Shown here: piece by piece, positions 1-8,618 of the stretch
Numbering within the stretch: position 1 is the first letter of the stretch
Layout: each line of letters begins with the position of its first letter
From: an uncultured delta proteobacterium
GTDB taxonomy: Bacteria > Desulfobacterota > Desulfuromonadia > Desulfuromonadales > BM103
DNA: 64,000 bases
Reading direction: 5' to 3'
NCBI GenBank assembly: GCA_963715335.1
Contig: CAVQRZ010000022.1
Span: 1-64,000 of the forward strand
Notes under the pieces: generated by a model
What the model saw: the letters and a program-made list of their open reading frames with translations, nothing else
The model's database searches: none
Told to the model about the DNA's origin: nothing
Program-made: the position numbers and the translations under genes

Positions 1-1108
1 AGACCTGCTTGCGCTTGATATCAAGCTTGGTGATAACGTCCGAGATCGTTCTGTAATCGTCCGGATTGGCATTGATGATCAGCGAGTTGGTTGGCTTATC
101 TGCCGTAATGGTCACTGGCCCGATGGACAGCGGCTTGCCCGTCTCGCCATTTTGGGCTGCCCGGGCTTCAGATTTGATGCCAGTGAGAATCTCGTTGAGG
201 GTCGCAGCCAGGGTGACCGCGTCGGCGTTCTCCAGGTAGAAGAGGTTGATATTGGAACGGGGGCCGACAACCTCCTGGTCAAGCCTGGCGACAATCTTTT
301 TGATAACAGCCATATCATCGCCACTGGCCAGAACGATCAGCACACGCCCCACAGGATAGGGGATGATCTTGGGGGCCTGCTGATTTCCGGCACCAGCGCC
401 ATTCGCCCGCCTGCGATTGGGAGCTCCCGCTGGCTGGGTCATAACCTCGTTGAGAATTTTAGCGAGTTCGTCGGCACTGGAGTTCTCCAGCGGGATGATC
501 TCCATATCTCCATAGGTGTCCGGTTGATCCAACTCGTCAATGATCTTGGCCAGTCGCTCGATATTCGAAGCTGTATCGGTAATAATCAGGCTGTTGCTCG
601 GCGCATAGGCCGCGACATTGGCAGTGCTCGGCATCAGGGGGATCAGAACGGTTGGGCCGATGACCGTTGCATCGATGTGCTTAAGTTGAAAAACACGGGT
701 GATGAACTGCTCGCCTTTCTTGCCGTTCCCATTGATAACGATCGGCAGGTTGGATACCTTGGCGTCCTTCAAGGGAACGATCTTGTTGATCTCTCCAGAG
801 GGGACAACCGTATAGCCCTTGACATTGAGGACAGTGTGAAAAAGCTGATAAGCTTCGTCCAGGGTCATACTGCCCGGAGAGATGATCGTCACCTTGCCTT
901 TCACAGAATCATCGTAGATGAAGTTTTCTCCGGTTAGTTCGCTGATCGTCTGAATCAGGGCCGTCAACTCAACATCTTTGAAATCGAGGGTGATACGTCC
1001 TTCTTTGGCGAGTTGTGTCTGAGCCAGTGCCGAGAGCTGGAGGGGCGTGAGTGATAAGAACAGAAAAGCTGTCCATAGAAGAATTCGCCAAACATTTGTC
1101 ACTCTCAT
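1..1108 (-). CDS. gspD: Type II secretion secretin GspD (5' part; runs off the window edge)
   Basis: Absent from the ORF track because no stop lies in the window. Manual translation from ATG at 1108 gives MRVTNVWRILLWTAFLFLSLTPLQLSALAQ...ITLDFKDVELTALIQTISELTGENFIYDDSVKGKVTIISP: a signal peptide plus secretin N0 domain. GGAG RBS; directly downstream of gspC. Confidence 0.93.
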   Translation of the reverse strand, partial: MRVTNVWRILLWTAFLFLSLTPLQLSALAQTQLAKEGRITLDFKDVELTALIQTISELTGENFIYDDSVKGKVTIISPGSMTLDEAYQLFHTVLNVKGYTVVPSGEINKIVPLKDAKVSNLPIVINGNGKKGEQFITRVFQLKHIDATVIGPTVLIPLMPSTANVAAYAPSNSLIITDTASNIERLAKIIDELDQPDTYGDMEIIPLENSSADELAKILNEVMTQPAGAPNRRRANGAGAGNQQAPKIIPYPVGRVLIVLASGDDMAVIKKIVARLDQEVVGPRSNINLFYLENADAVTLAATLNEILTGIKSEARAAQNGETGKPLSIGPVTITADKPTNSLIINANPDDYRTISDVITKLDIKRKQV

Positions 1109-1118
1109 CAAAAATCTC

Positions 1119-2039
1119 CTATTCGATTTCATAGACAAAACTCATGGGTTGACTGTTGCGCTCGACGGCAATGCTGATTTGACGTGCTTCACGTAACTGC
1201 TGAAAAACTTGCATCGCCTTTTCCGGGCTGTCGAGCTTGATGTTATTGACATCAAGAACAACGTCATTTATTTGCAACCCCATCTTGGCTAGGATCGAGC
1301 GGGGATAAATGCGTCTAACCAAAAAACCATCTGTTTTGCCGTTCACCAGGCGCGGCTGCATTTCGGCCAAGCGCATCTCTGTGGCAAAATTATCACGGAC
1401 CGATTCGACCATGCTGCTGGAGACAATCCAGCGGTTTTCACCGACCTCCCTGATTGTCCCTTGGCTATCGAGACCTTGATTCGGAGAGACCCTGTCTGCT
1501 TGAGAGCGGTTTCTGCCTGCAGATGAGATGGGACCCTGTTCGTACAGCATGATAGTCGTCAGACTTTGATCACGGTTGCGGATCTTAACCAGGCTGCGTT
1601 CAACCTGCTCCAAGGTGCCTCCTCCGGGGAGTTCGTCATTTAAATGGTAGACCTGCATGTCTTTATTGTCTGCGAGCAGCGCCAGAGAACGTTCATCGGC
1701 AACCACTGTTCCTAGCAGTTTTAAGTCGCTGTGAGCGGCTTTTTTCTCTGCAGAATCAGTTGCAGAAGTGCCTGGCGAGGGGCCCATCACGACAGAAGAG
1801 GAGCGGTTTTCGGCGTCGAAGATGTTGTTCTGCAGAATCAGGTTCAGGTCGGCTTCGGAGGTTTGCCGTGACTTGCTAACGGTACTCTTTGCAATGGTGG
1901 TTTGAATCTTAACCTCCGGGCGCAGATTGACCTGCAGGACGACATCGACCAGGTGCCCACAGGCAAGACCAAGAAAGAGGAGCAAGGTCAAACAGATCGG
2001 TCTGTAAAAGCTGTGGAGAATATTCACCATCACATGCAC
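1119..2039 (-). CDS. gspC: Type II secretion protein GspC with C-terminal PDZ domain
   Basis: N-terminal TM helix, HR region (LKLLGTVVADERSLALL), PDZ-like C-terminus (GFLVRRIYPRSILAKMGLQINDVVLDVN); adjacent to gspD. Confidence 0.9.
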   Translation of the reverse strand: MHVMVNILHSFYRPICLTLLLFLGLACGHLVDVVLQVNLRPEVKIQTTIAKSTVSKSRQTSEADLNLILQNNIFDAENRSSSVVMGPSPGTSATDSAEKKAAHSDLKLLGTVVADERSLALLADNKDMQVYHLNDELPGGGTLEQVERSLVKIRNRDQSLTTIMLYEQGPISSAGRNRSQADRVSPNQGLDSQGTIREVGENRWIVSSSMVESVRDNFATEMRLAEMQPRLVNGKTDGFLVRRIYPRSILAKMGLQINDVVLDVNNIKLDSPEKAMQVFQQLREARQISIAVERNSQPMSFVYEIE

Positions 2040-2654
2040 CCAGAATAATCATTATAGATCAAAGACTTTAAATACTTTTATAATAAAGAATGATAAAGAC
2101 CATCATGAGCGAAAGCAAGTTTTTCTAGCTTTTGATTATTTTTCGATCATCTTGCAAACCCTTCATGCAAAGCCCAAAAATAGTAGTAACTTATCCAGAG
2201 CAGCGCTTTTTAATTCATGTAGGTTAATTCAAAGTGCAATACATGTATGTATATATAGGGTTTGCAGTTGTTTGCAATCATAGCAGGACTTGGCATGTCT
2301 TCAATTTAAGGCTCCAGAAGCTCCTGTAATATCAATAATAAGTTGACAGTTCTTGGGCCAAAGCTCCCAATCAAAAGATGAGTATTGGGCATGAAAGGGA
2401 AATGCTTGTGGCCATGATCTGCGGGGGCAAGAGCCTGTGCCCAGTTGCTATTCAGGCAGCTTTGGTGCCCCGGACTGTTATGTCAATGGCCGCAGTCAAG
2501 TGCTACATACTCTGGACCTAAGTTATCGCCAAGGCAGCAATATTAAAATCGCTCCCGATAGTGTGATCTGGGCAACTTGCAGGGCCCCATACCCATTATA
2601 TTCTCAATTAAGAAAACAATTTTAGACTATAGCTTAGGTCGTCACAATTGTTAT

Positions 2655-3404
2655 CTAGTTCTCACTGCGTAATTTGAAGTCCTTTCCCAGAAAATTAAGT
2701 ATTACCCCGGTCGGCGTAATTTCAACAATCTCCACTTCCCCGCTCACCCAATCACCTTCACGTAGCAGACGGTTGTTAATTCTCACCAGACGGCGTTCAG
2801 AAACTGGGGTATAGAAATGCATGCTCATGTCCAGGTGCGGCATCCTCTCACGTAATCCCATGGACAAATCCGCGTAGAGAGGCAGAGTGGAGGATCCTTT
2901 TTGTGGTGCGAGTCCTTCAGCTGTGATGGTCTCCGATTGCGTCATGATGGCGGAGGGGGCTTTCGACCCTGAAGTGGCCATCCGGGTAAAGGATCGCGGC
3001 ACCGGTGCTGTTTCAACAATAGGTGTAGGCTGCAAAACCGGCTCAACGGGCTGGACGATAGCCTGCTCGACAACTCCAATCTCCGATGCCACTATTTTGG
3101 GGATATTATCTGGTTCCGCAATGACAGCAGGCTTGGGCGAGTCGAACCGGTTTTTGGCAGAAGGTGGGCTCTCAACCCGCTCAACGACAGGGAGGTCCCC
3201 CTGATTGGGTCCTGACGCGCTAAAATGCCACCAGCCACCGAACATGAGCAGCAGAAAAACTGTGACGAGAAGCCAGTAAGGCCGGTGGCGAGAATTACGC
3301 GGGTTAAGCGAAAGCCTTCTGGCGCCTACTTTCTTGGGCGAGGCGGCATTTTGCTGGCGTTGCTGCTCCGATTTCTTGAGGGCTTCAAGGATAAAGGACA
3401 TCAA
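2655..3404 (-). CDS. gspB: General secretion pathway protein B (GspB/ExeB)
   Basis: Starts MSFILEALKKSEQQR; one TM; C-terminal T2SSB-like domain (MSMHFYTP..RLVRINNRLLREGD); overlaps the exeA stop. Confidence 0.88.
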   Translation of the reverse strand: MMSFILEALKKSEQQRQQNAASPKKVGARRLSLNPRNSRHRPYWLLVTVFLLLMFGGWWHFSASGPNQGDLPVVERVESPPSAKNRFDSPKPAVIAEPDNIPKIVASEIGVVEQAIVQPVEPVLQPTPIVETAPVPRSFTRMATSGSKAPSAIMTQSETITAEGLAPQKGSSTLPLYADLSMGLRERMPHLDMSMHFYTPVSERRLVRINNRLLREGDWVSGEVEIVEITPTGVILNFLGKDFKLRSEN

Positions 3405-5140
3405 CTCTCTCCTTGCTTGGATAGGCGAGGGCCGGGGAGTTTGTTTGCGTTGTTGAGATGGATTAGAGATATCGGGCCGAGCACTCCGTCTGGAACCAGT
3501 CCGTGACTGAATTGGAAATGCTTGAAAGCACCGAGGAGTGTTCCCTCGAGCCGCACTTCACGATCGGTCACCTCATAAAGTTTGAGCTGTTGGAGAGTGT
3601 TCGCCAACCAACGGACGGCGTCGCCTCTTTGCCCCGGCTGCAAAAGCTTGCTTTGAAAAGGTGGTTGCTGCCAGAGGATGAGATATTCTCCGAACCAACG
3701 GGACGTGATCGCTGAAAGGGCCAGTTCGCGGTGTGTCTTGCCGGAGACGAAATGGGCGCTGTCGTCTTCCAGCCCAGATAAAACGATATGGAAAGGAGAG
3801 CCATCATCATCGTAGAGCGTCAGAATTGCGGGGTGATTCATGTTGCGCAACGTCTCGAGGCTGCCCTTGCCCACCAGACAGGCCAGATCATGTTCGTTTG
3901 CGTAGCTACAGTAGCCGTGACGATCTACGGGAAGGGAGAGGCCCCACAGCTCTGCGAGGTCAGCAAATGCGCGATCTTTGCTCTGACTGGTGGCGAAATC
4001 CATCGGCCAGCTTATGGGAAGCGTGTCACCGGGATTGTTGCTTAAATCTAAAGACGGCTCAGGTGGGCTGTCCATGATATCTGCTGGAGGCTCCTGGGGC
4101 GAAGAATTGGTCACGGGCGCGGCTGCAGGAGTGATCGTGGTAGAGGCTGAATTGGTTGAGGGGGGGGCAGGCGGGTCGATTGTGTCGGAAGCGGAATTGC
4201 TTAAGGGTGCAGAGAGCAGGCCGGTTGTGGTGAGCAGCGAGGGATTTAACAACCAGAACCCGAAGGTAACCAGTCCCAGGACAAGGGCGACCAAGATCAT
4301 GGCCGGTGCCGATATTTTCTGCTTGGGAGGCTGAAGGTCGCCGAGGACTTCACTGGCAGCCTGACTGAGAATCCTGCCGTCGACCTTCTGACGGTCAAGG
4401 ACATAAGCGCCGAGCAGGGCACGGTCACAAATCAGGTTGATCAGGCGCGGTATGCCGCCTGTGAGTCGCCAGAGGCGCTTAAAAAGATGTTCGTCAAAAA
4501 GTGGCCGATCACATCCGGCGATCTTCAGGCGGTGACGGACATACGTACCGATATCTTCTTTTTCGAGAGCACCAAGATGCCAGCGAGCGGTGACTCTCTG
4601 CGAGAGCTGACGCATCTCTGGCCGGTTCAGAATTTTGAGTAATTCGGGCTGGCCGAGCAAGACAACCTGCAGCAACTTATAACGATTTGTTTCGAGATTG
4701 GTCAGCAGGCGCAACTGCTCGAGGACGTCAGTGGAAAGGTTTTGCGCTTCGTCGATAATCAGAACGGTTTTGCGCCCACGGGAATTGGAGACCAGCAGAA
4801 ATCTGTTAAGGCGGTCTACCAAATTTTTAATGCTGACAGGCTCTGGCCTGGCGATACGGAGTTCGTCACAGATCGTCTCAAGCAGCTCGATGACGCTGAG
4901 CTTAGGACTTAGCACATAGGCAACGACGACATTTTCAGGTAGTTTCCCGAAGAGGCTGCGGCATAGGGTTGTTTTGCCGGCCCCGACTTCGCCGGTCAGA
5001 AGTACAAACCCTCCGTCACTGCTTATCCCGTACTGCAGGTGCGCCAGGGCGTCACGATGACGCCTGCTCATAAAAAGATAGAGCGGGTCGGGTGCGATTG
5101 AAAACGGTTTCTCGTTGAGGCCGAAGTGATTGGTATACAT
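3401..5140 (-). CDS. gspA: ExeA/GspA-family AAA ATPase with C-terminal peptidoglycan-binding domain
   Basis: MYTNHFGLNEKPFSIAPDP start, Walker A GEVGAGKTT, IIDEAQNL, TM helix, PG-binding tail FQFSHGLVPDGVLGP. Confidence 0.92.
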   Translation of the reverse strand: MYTNHFGLNEKPFSIAPDPLYLFMSRRHRDALAHLQYGISSDGGFVLLTGEVGAGKTTLCRSLFGKLPENVVVAYVLSPKLSVIELLETICDELRIARPEPVSIKNLVDRLNRFLLVSNSRGRKTVLIIDEAQNLSTDVLEQLRLLTNLETNRYKLLQVVLLGQPELLKILNRPEMRQLSQRVTARWHLGALEKEDIGTYVRHRLKIAGCDRPLFDEHLFKRLWRLTGGIPRLINLICDRALLGAYVLDRQKVDGRILSQAASEVLGDLQPPKQKISAPAMILVALVLGLVTFGFWLLNPSLLTTTGLLSAPLSNSASDTIDPPAPPSTNSASTTITPAAAPVTNSSPQEPPADIMDSPPEPSLDLSNNPGDTLPISWPMDFATSQSKDRAFADLAELWGLSLPVDRHGYCSYANEHDLACLVGKGSLETLRNMNHPAILTLYDDDGSPFHIVLSGLEDDSAHFVSGKTHRELALSAITSRWFGEYLILWQQPPFQSKLLQPGQRGDAVRWLANTLQQLKLYEVTDREVRLEGTLLGAFKHFQFSHGLVPDGVLGPISLIHLNNANKLPGPRLSKQGES

Positions 5141-5370
5141 GGTTAGTTAACCGATTATTTTTGCTGGCGATTCCCGCGAAGTATACATAAAATTACTGGG
5201 TCATACCAGAGCAATGGTGACTCTCTGGGATGTCTGGATTTGACCTATGGCGTCAACCTGCTGCCGTTGCTTGTTCAGTCTGTGCGTTGCCATATGGCGA
5301 GCTATGAACAAAAATGAGCGGTGCAGAGCCTTAAGAAATTCTCGATTTCTCAGGAAAACGGGCAGTGTCA

Positions 5371-7662
5371 TTAGGCCTCTGTCGTAGGCTCCGGCTCCGT
5401 TTTCTTACGGGCTGGCCTGCGACGCCTTGGTTTGGGCTTCTCTTCTGCCGCTTGAGCCACAATCTTCTGGTCGGTTGCATTGGCCTGTTCCGCACTACTC
5501 TGTTTTACGGCGTCTGAAGCGGCTTTTTTTACAGCCGTCCTCCTGGGCCTGCGGGTAGGCGCTTTTTTCGCCGGCGCCGATGCGTCCACCGTCGATGTCT
5601 CCGCTGCGACTTGAACAGGATTGCTGCCTTGCCCTTCAGCAGTTTGCTGTGGCTCTGTACTGGCAGGGTCGGATTGAGACGGGGTTTTTCTTGGCGCACG
5701 TCTGGGCCGGTTTCTTTTTGGCTTGTCTTCCTGGACAGGGTTTTTGTCTGTCTGATCGGGAGCCATTTGCTCCAAGGGATGTTCCGGAGGCGTCCCTTGT
5801 TCCGTCGAGTCCGTGACCGTTGATTTCGTCTTACTGGGTGTACGGCGGCGTCTTTGCGGTTTTTTAGCCGCAACAGGTGCAGGCTCGAGAGGCGATGCTG
5901 CGGTATCTGTCTGTATGGCAGTCTGCCCAGCCTGTTCGCTTTGACCTGTATCGACCGACGGGGCCTGCGCTGGTGTGGTCTCTTCAGAGGCGGGTTCTGC
6001 TGCCGTCCCTTCCGGAGCTTTGCGGCGTTTCCTGCGACGACGCTTTTTCGCCGGCACGGCGCTGCTGTCCGGCGCCTCTTCCTGGTCAGGTTTCACAGCC
6101 TGCTTCTCTGTGCTCTCTTCAAACGCTGAAGGCAACAACCCGGCGGCCACGAACTCCGGCTGCGGTGCTTTGTCTTTTTCTTTCTTCTGGATTTCTATCT
6201 CGACCTGGTCTGCCAGGAAATCCCGGTTGCCATGAATGTGGATCTTCAGCTGATGGTCCCGCTCCATGGTGACCAGCTCTTCCCGCTTGTGATTCAGAAG
6301 GTAGGCTGCAACATCCCTGGGCAGCTGCGCATCAATTCGGCTAACCTGGCCTTTGGCTGCGCTGGCATGAATCTTCCGTAGCAGAGAAACAGCCTGGGAC
6401 TCGGGACTCTTCAGCCGGCCTGCTCCTTCGCAGTGAGGGCAGGGAAGGTAGGACCCGGTCGCAAGTGTCGCCTTAAGCCTCTGGCGGCTCATCTCCAAAA
6501 GACCGAACTGGCTGATGCGGCCGATGCTGACCCTGGCCTTGTCATTTTCCAGGGATTTTTTTAATTCTTTTTCAACCTCGCGCATATGTTTGCGATCACG
6601 CATATCGATGAAATCGATGACGACCAGGCCACCGAGGTCGCGCAAGCGCAATTGCCTGCCGACTTCCTTGGCCGCTTCCAGGTTGGTTTTCGTTGCCGTC
6701 GCCTCCACGCCCTGTTCCGACGACATTTTGCCGCTGTTGACGTCGATGGCGACCAGAGCTTCGGTCGGGTCGATGACGATCGATCCGCCCGAGGGGAGCT
6801 GAACCTTGTTGCGGCTCAGCGTTTCAATCTGTTCTTCAATCTGGTAACGGGAGAAAATCGGGCGGCGCTCCTGATGCAGCTTGACCAGCTTGGCATAGTC
6901 AGGCATGACCATCTGGAAGAAATCCCTGGCCTCGTTGAAAACCTGCGGGTCATCAATCATGACTTCATCCATGTCCGTCGTAAAATAGTCACGAATCGAG
7001 CGGATGATCAGGTTTGATTCCTTGTACAGCAGGGCGGGAGCGACTTTAACTTTTTTGTCAAGCTCTGTGATGCTTTCATAAAGGCGGATCAGGTAGCGGT
7101 AATCGCGCTCCAGTTCTTCACGGGTCTGGTTCAGGGCAGCAGTGCGCACGATGTAGCCGACATTTTCGGTCATGTCGAGTGATGACATCGCTTTTTTCAG
7201 CTCTTTGCGCTGCGAGTCGCTTTCGGCCTTGCGCGAGACCCCCCGGGTCTGGCTGCCCGGCATGATTACCATGTAGCGTCCGGCGAGTGAGAGGTAGGTA
7301 GTGAGGGCCGCGCCCTTGGTGCCGCGCTCCTCCTTGGTGATCTGGACGAGAATCTCCTGGCCGCGCTGCAGGAGATCGGTGATGCGTGGCCGACGCCCGT
7401 CTTCAGCAAGCTGGTACCCCGGCTTGACGGCGGAGTAATTGATCTCGTCGATCTGCAGGAAGCCGAGGCGTTCAGCCCCATAATCAACGAAAGCGGCCTG
7501 CAGGCCGGATTCAACCCGGACTACAACCGCTCTATAGATGTTCCCCTTGGTGGGCCCGTACCCGGCAACCTCGATATCAAGCTCTGTGAGGATACCGTCT
7601 TCGACGATTGCCACCCGGTTTTCCTCGTGGTGGGTGGCATTGACCAGTATTTTTTTGGACAT
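5371..7662 (-). CDS. rne: Ribonuclease E (Rne/Rng family) with long low-complexity C-terminal region
   Basis: KGNIY..V.RVESGLQAAFVDYG S1 domain, IDVNSG and DFIDM catalytic motifs, CPHCEG Zn-link, R/K/P-rich tail; start placed at MSKKILVNA (7662). Confidence 0.95.
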   Translation of the reverse strand: MSKKILVNATHHEENRVAIVEDGILTELDIEVAGYGPTKGNIYRAVVVRVESGLQAAFVDYGAERLGFLQIDEINYSAVKPGYQLAEDGRRPRITDLLQRGQEILVQITKEERGTKGAALTTYLSLAGRYMVIMPGSQTRGVSRKAESDSQRKELKKAMSSLDMTENVGYIVRTAALNQTREELERDYRYLIRLYESITELDKKVKVAPALLYKESNLIIRSIRDYFTTDMDEVMIDDPQVFNEARDFFQMVMPDYAKLVKLHQERRPIFSRYQIEEQIETLSRNKVQLPSGGSIVIDPTEALVAIDVNSGKMSSEQGVEATATKTNLEAAKEVGRQLRLRDLGGLVVIDFIDMRDRKHMREVEKELKKSLENDKARVSIGRISQFGLLEMSRQRLKATLATGSYLPCPHCEGAGRLKSPESQAVSLLRKIHASAAKGQVSRIDAQLPRDVAAYLLNHKREELVTMERDHQLKIHIHGNRDFLADQVEIEIQKKEKDKAPQPEFVAAGLLPSAFEESTEKQAVKPDQEEAPDSSAVPAKKRRRRKRRKAPEGTAAEPASEETTPAQAPSVDTGQSEQAGQTAIQTDTAASPLEPAPVAAKKPQRRRRTPSKTKSTVTDSTEQGTPPEHPLEQMAPDQTDKNPVQEDKPKRNRPRRAPRKTPSQSDPASTEPQQTAEGQGSNPVQVAAETSTVDASAPAKKAPTRRPRRTAVKKAASDAVKQSSAEQANATDQKIVAQAAEEKPKPRRRRPARKKTEPEPTTEA

Positions 7663-7854
7663 GCAATTCTTCCCGGTTGCCGCGTACGGCAACCTTAGAT
7701 TTGTTGGGGGCGATGGTCCTGGCCCGAGATCGTTGGCTCAACCGGAAATGGGAGCTCGCTCAAGGTCAGGATCAATGCCGAAACTCTATCTCACGAGGGT
7801 TCGAATAACCCTTTAAGATCAAAAAAACGCCCATAAAAAAGGCACATACGGCAG

Positions 7855-7863
7855 ACTATACCA
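7855..7863 (-). promoter_or_regulatory. Putative extended -10 promoter for rne
   Basis: TGGTATAGT on the minus strand (TGnTATAAT-like), about 190 nt upstream of the rne start. Confidence 0.45.
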
Positions 7864-7984
7864 AACTTTATGGTGTTTGAATAGTGAAATGCTGAAATAT
7901 GTTTTCAACAGGAAATCGAAGACACCGCTGCTTGTAACCTGTTCGGTACCGTGCCTGCCGCGAAGTGACGCCCCCCGGCGAAGG

Positions 7985-8299
7985 TCACGAGCTGAAATTG
8001 ACTGGCAGGCCGCAATGGACGCACTTGCGAACCGGCAAAAAGGTCGGACCGTTGGTATGATACGGTTTGGCGCAGCGAGGGCACTTGACGACCGTCGCCA
8101 TGGCAACGACAACGCAGAGCAGCAAAACCCATAGGCCAAACAACCAGGCCATAACCCTTGATGGTGCCTGCAACTCGAGCGCAACCATCATGCCCGGCAT
8201 GTAGATCAGAATAATCCCCCACAACAGCCAGCGACGACTGCGAACTTTTTTCAGTCCTGCCATGATGTCAACGGGTTCAACCGTGCTGTTTTCGGTCAC
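7985..8299 (-). CDS. Small membrane protein, two TM helices plus C-terminal zinc ribbon
   Basis: Two hydrophobic segments then CPRC...CVHC; likely GTG start at 8299 after a purine-rich RBS (the ORF track extends it to 8440). Confidence 0.7.
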   Translation of the reverse strand: MTENSTVEPVDIMAGLKKVRSRRWLLWGIILIYMPGMMVALELQAPSRVMAWLFGLWVLLLCVVVAMATVVKCPRCAKPYHTNGPTFLPVRKCVHCGLPVNFSS

Positions 8300-8618
8300 T
8301 GGGCGCCCCTTCGGCGAAACAGTTAGTTTCTTTTTATGAAATATACTACATGCCGTCGGCCTGGTAAACAGGTTAAGCATGGATCTCTTTTTGCGTGTGA
8401 CGGTCTCTGCGCTGAGGCCGGAATCGCACATTCCGGGCATAGGTCAAAATCTCCCATCGATTAAATCGGGTAAGGCCAGCCCCCTCCCTTTTTTTACTTG
8501 GAGACTTTTCCCCCCTTCCGTTAGAATGACCTTCTCATTTTGCGCCACGCAAGCCTGCTGACTCTGTCTTGATAATCAAACTAAGGTATTAAACTGTCGA
8601 TTTATTTTTAAGGGAGAA

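Noticed and set aside
152..937. 261-aa plus-strand ORF
   Set aside because: Antisense shadow of gspD, which has clear secretin motifs on the minus strand
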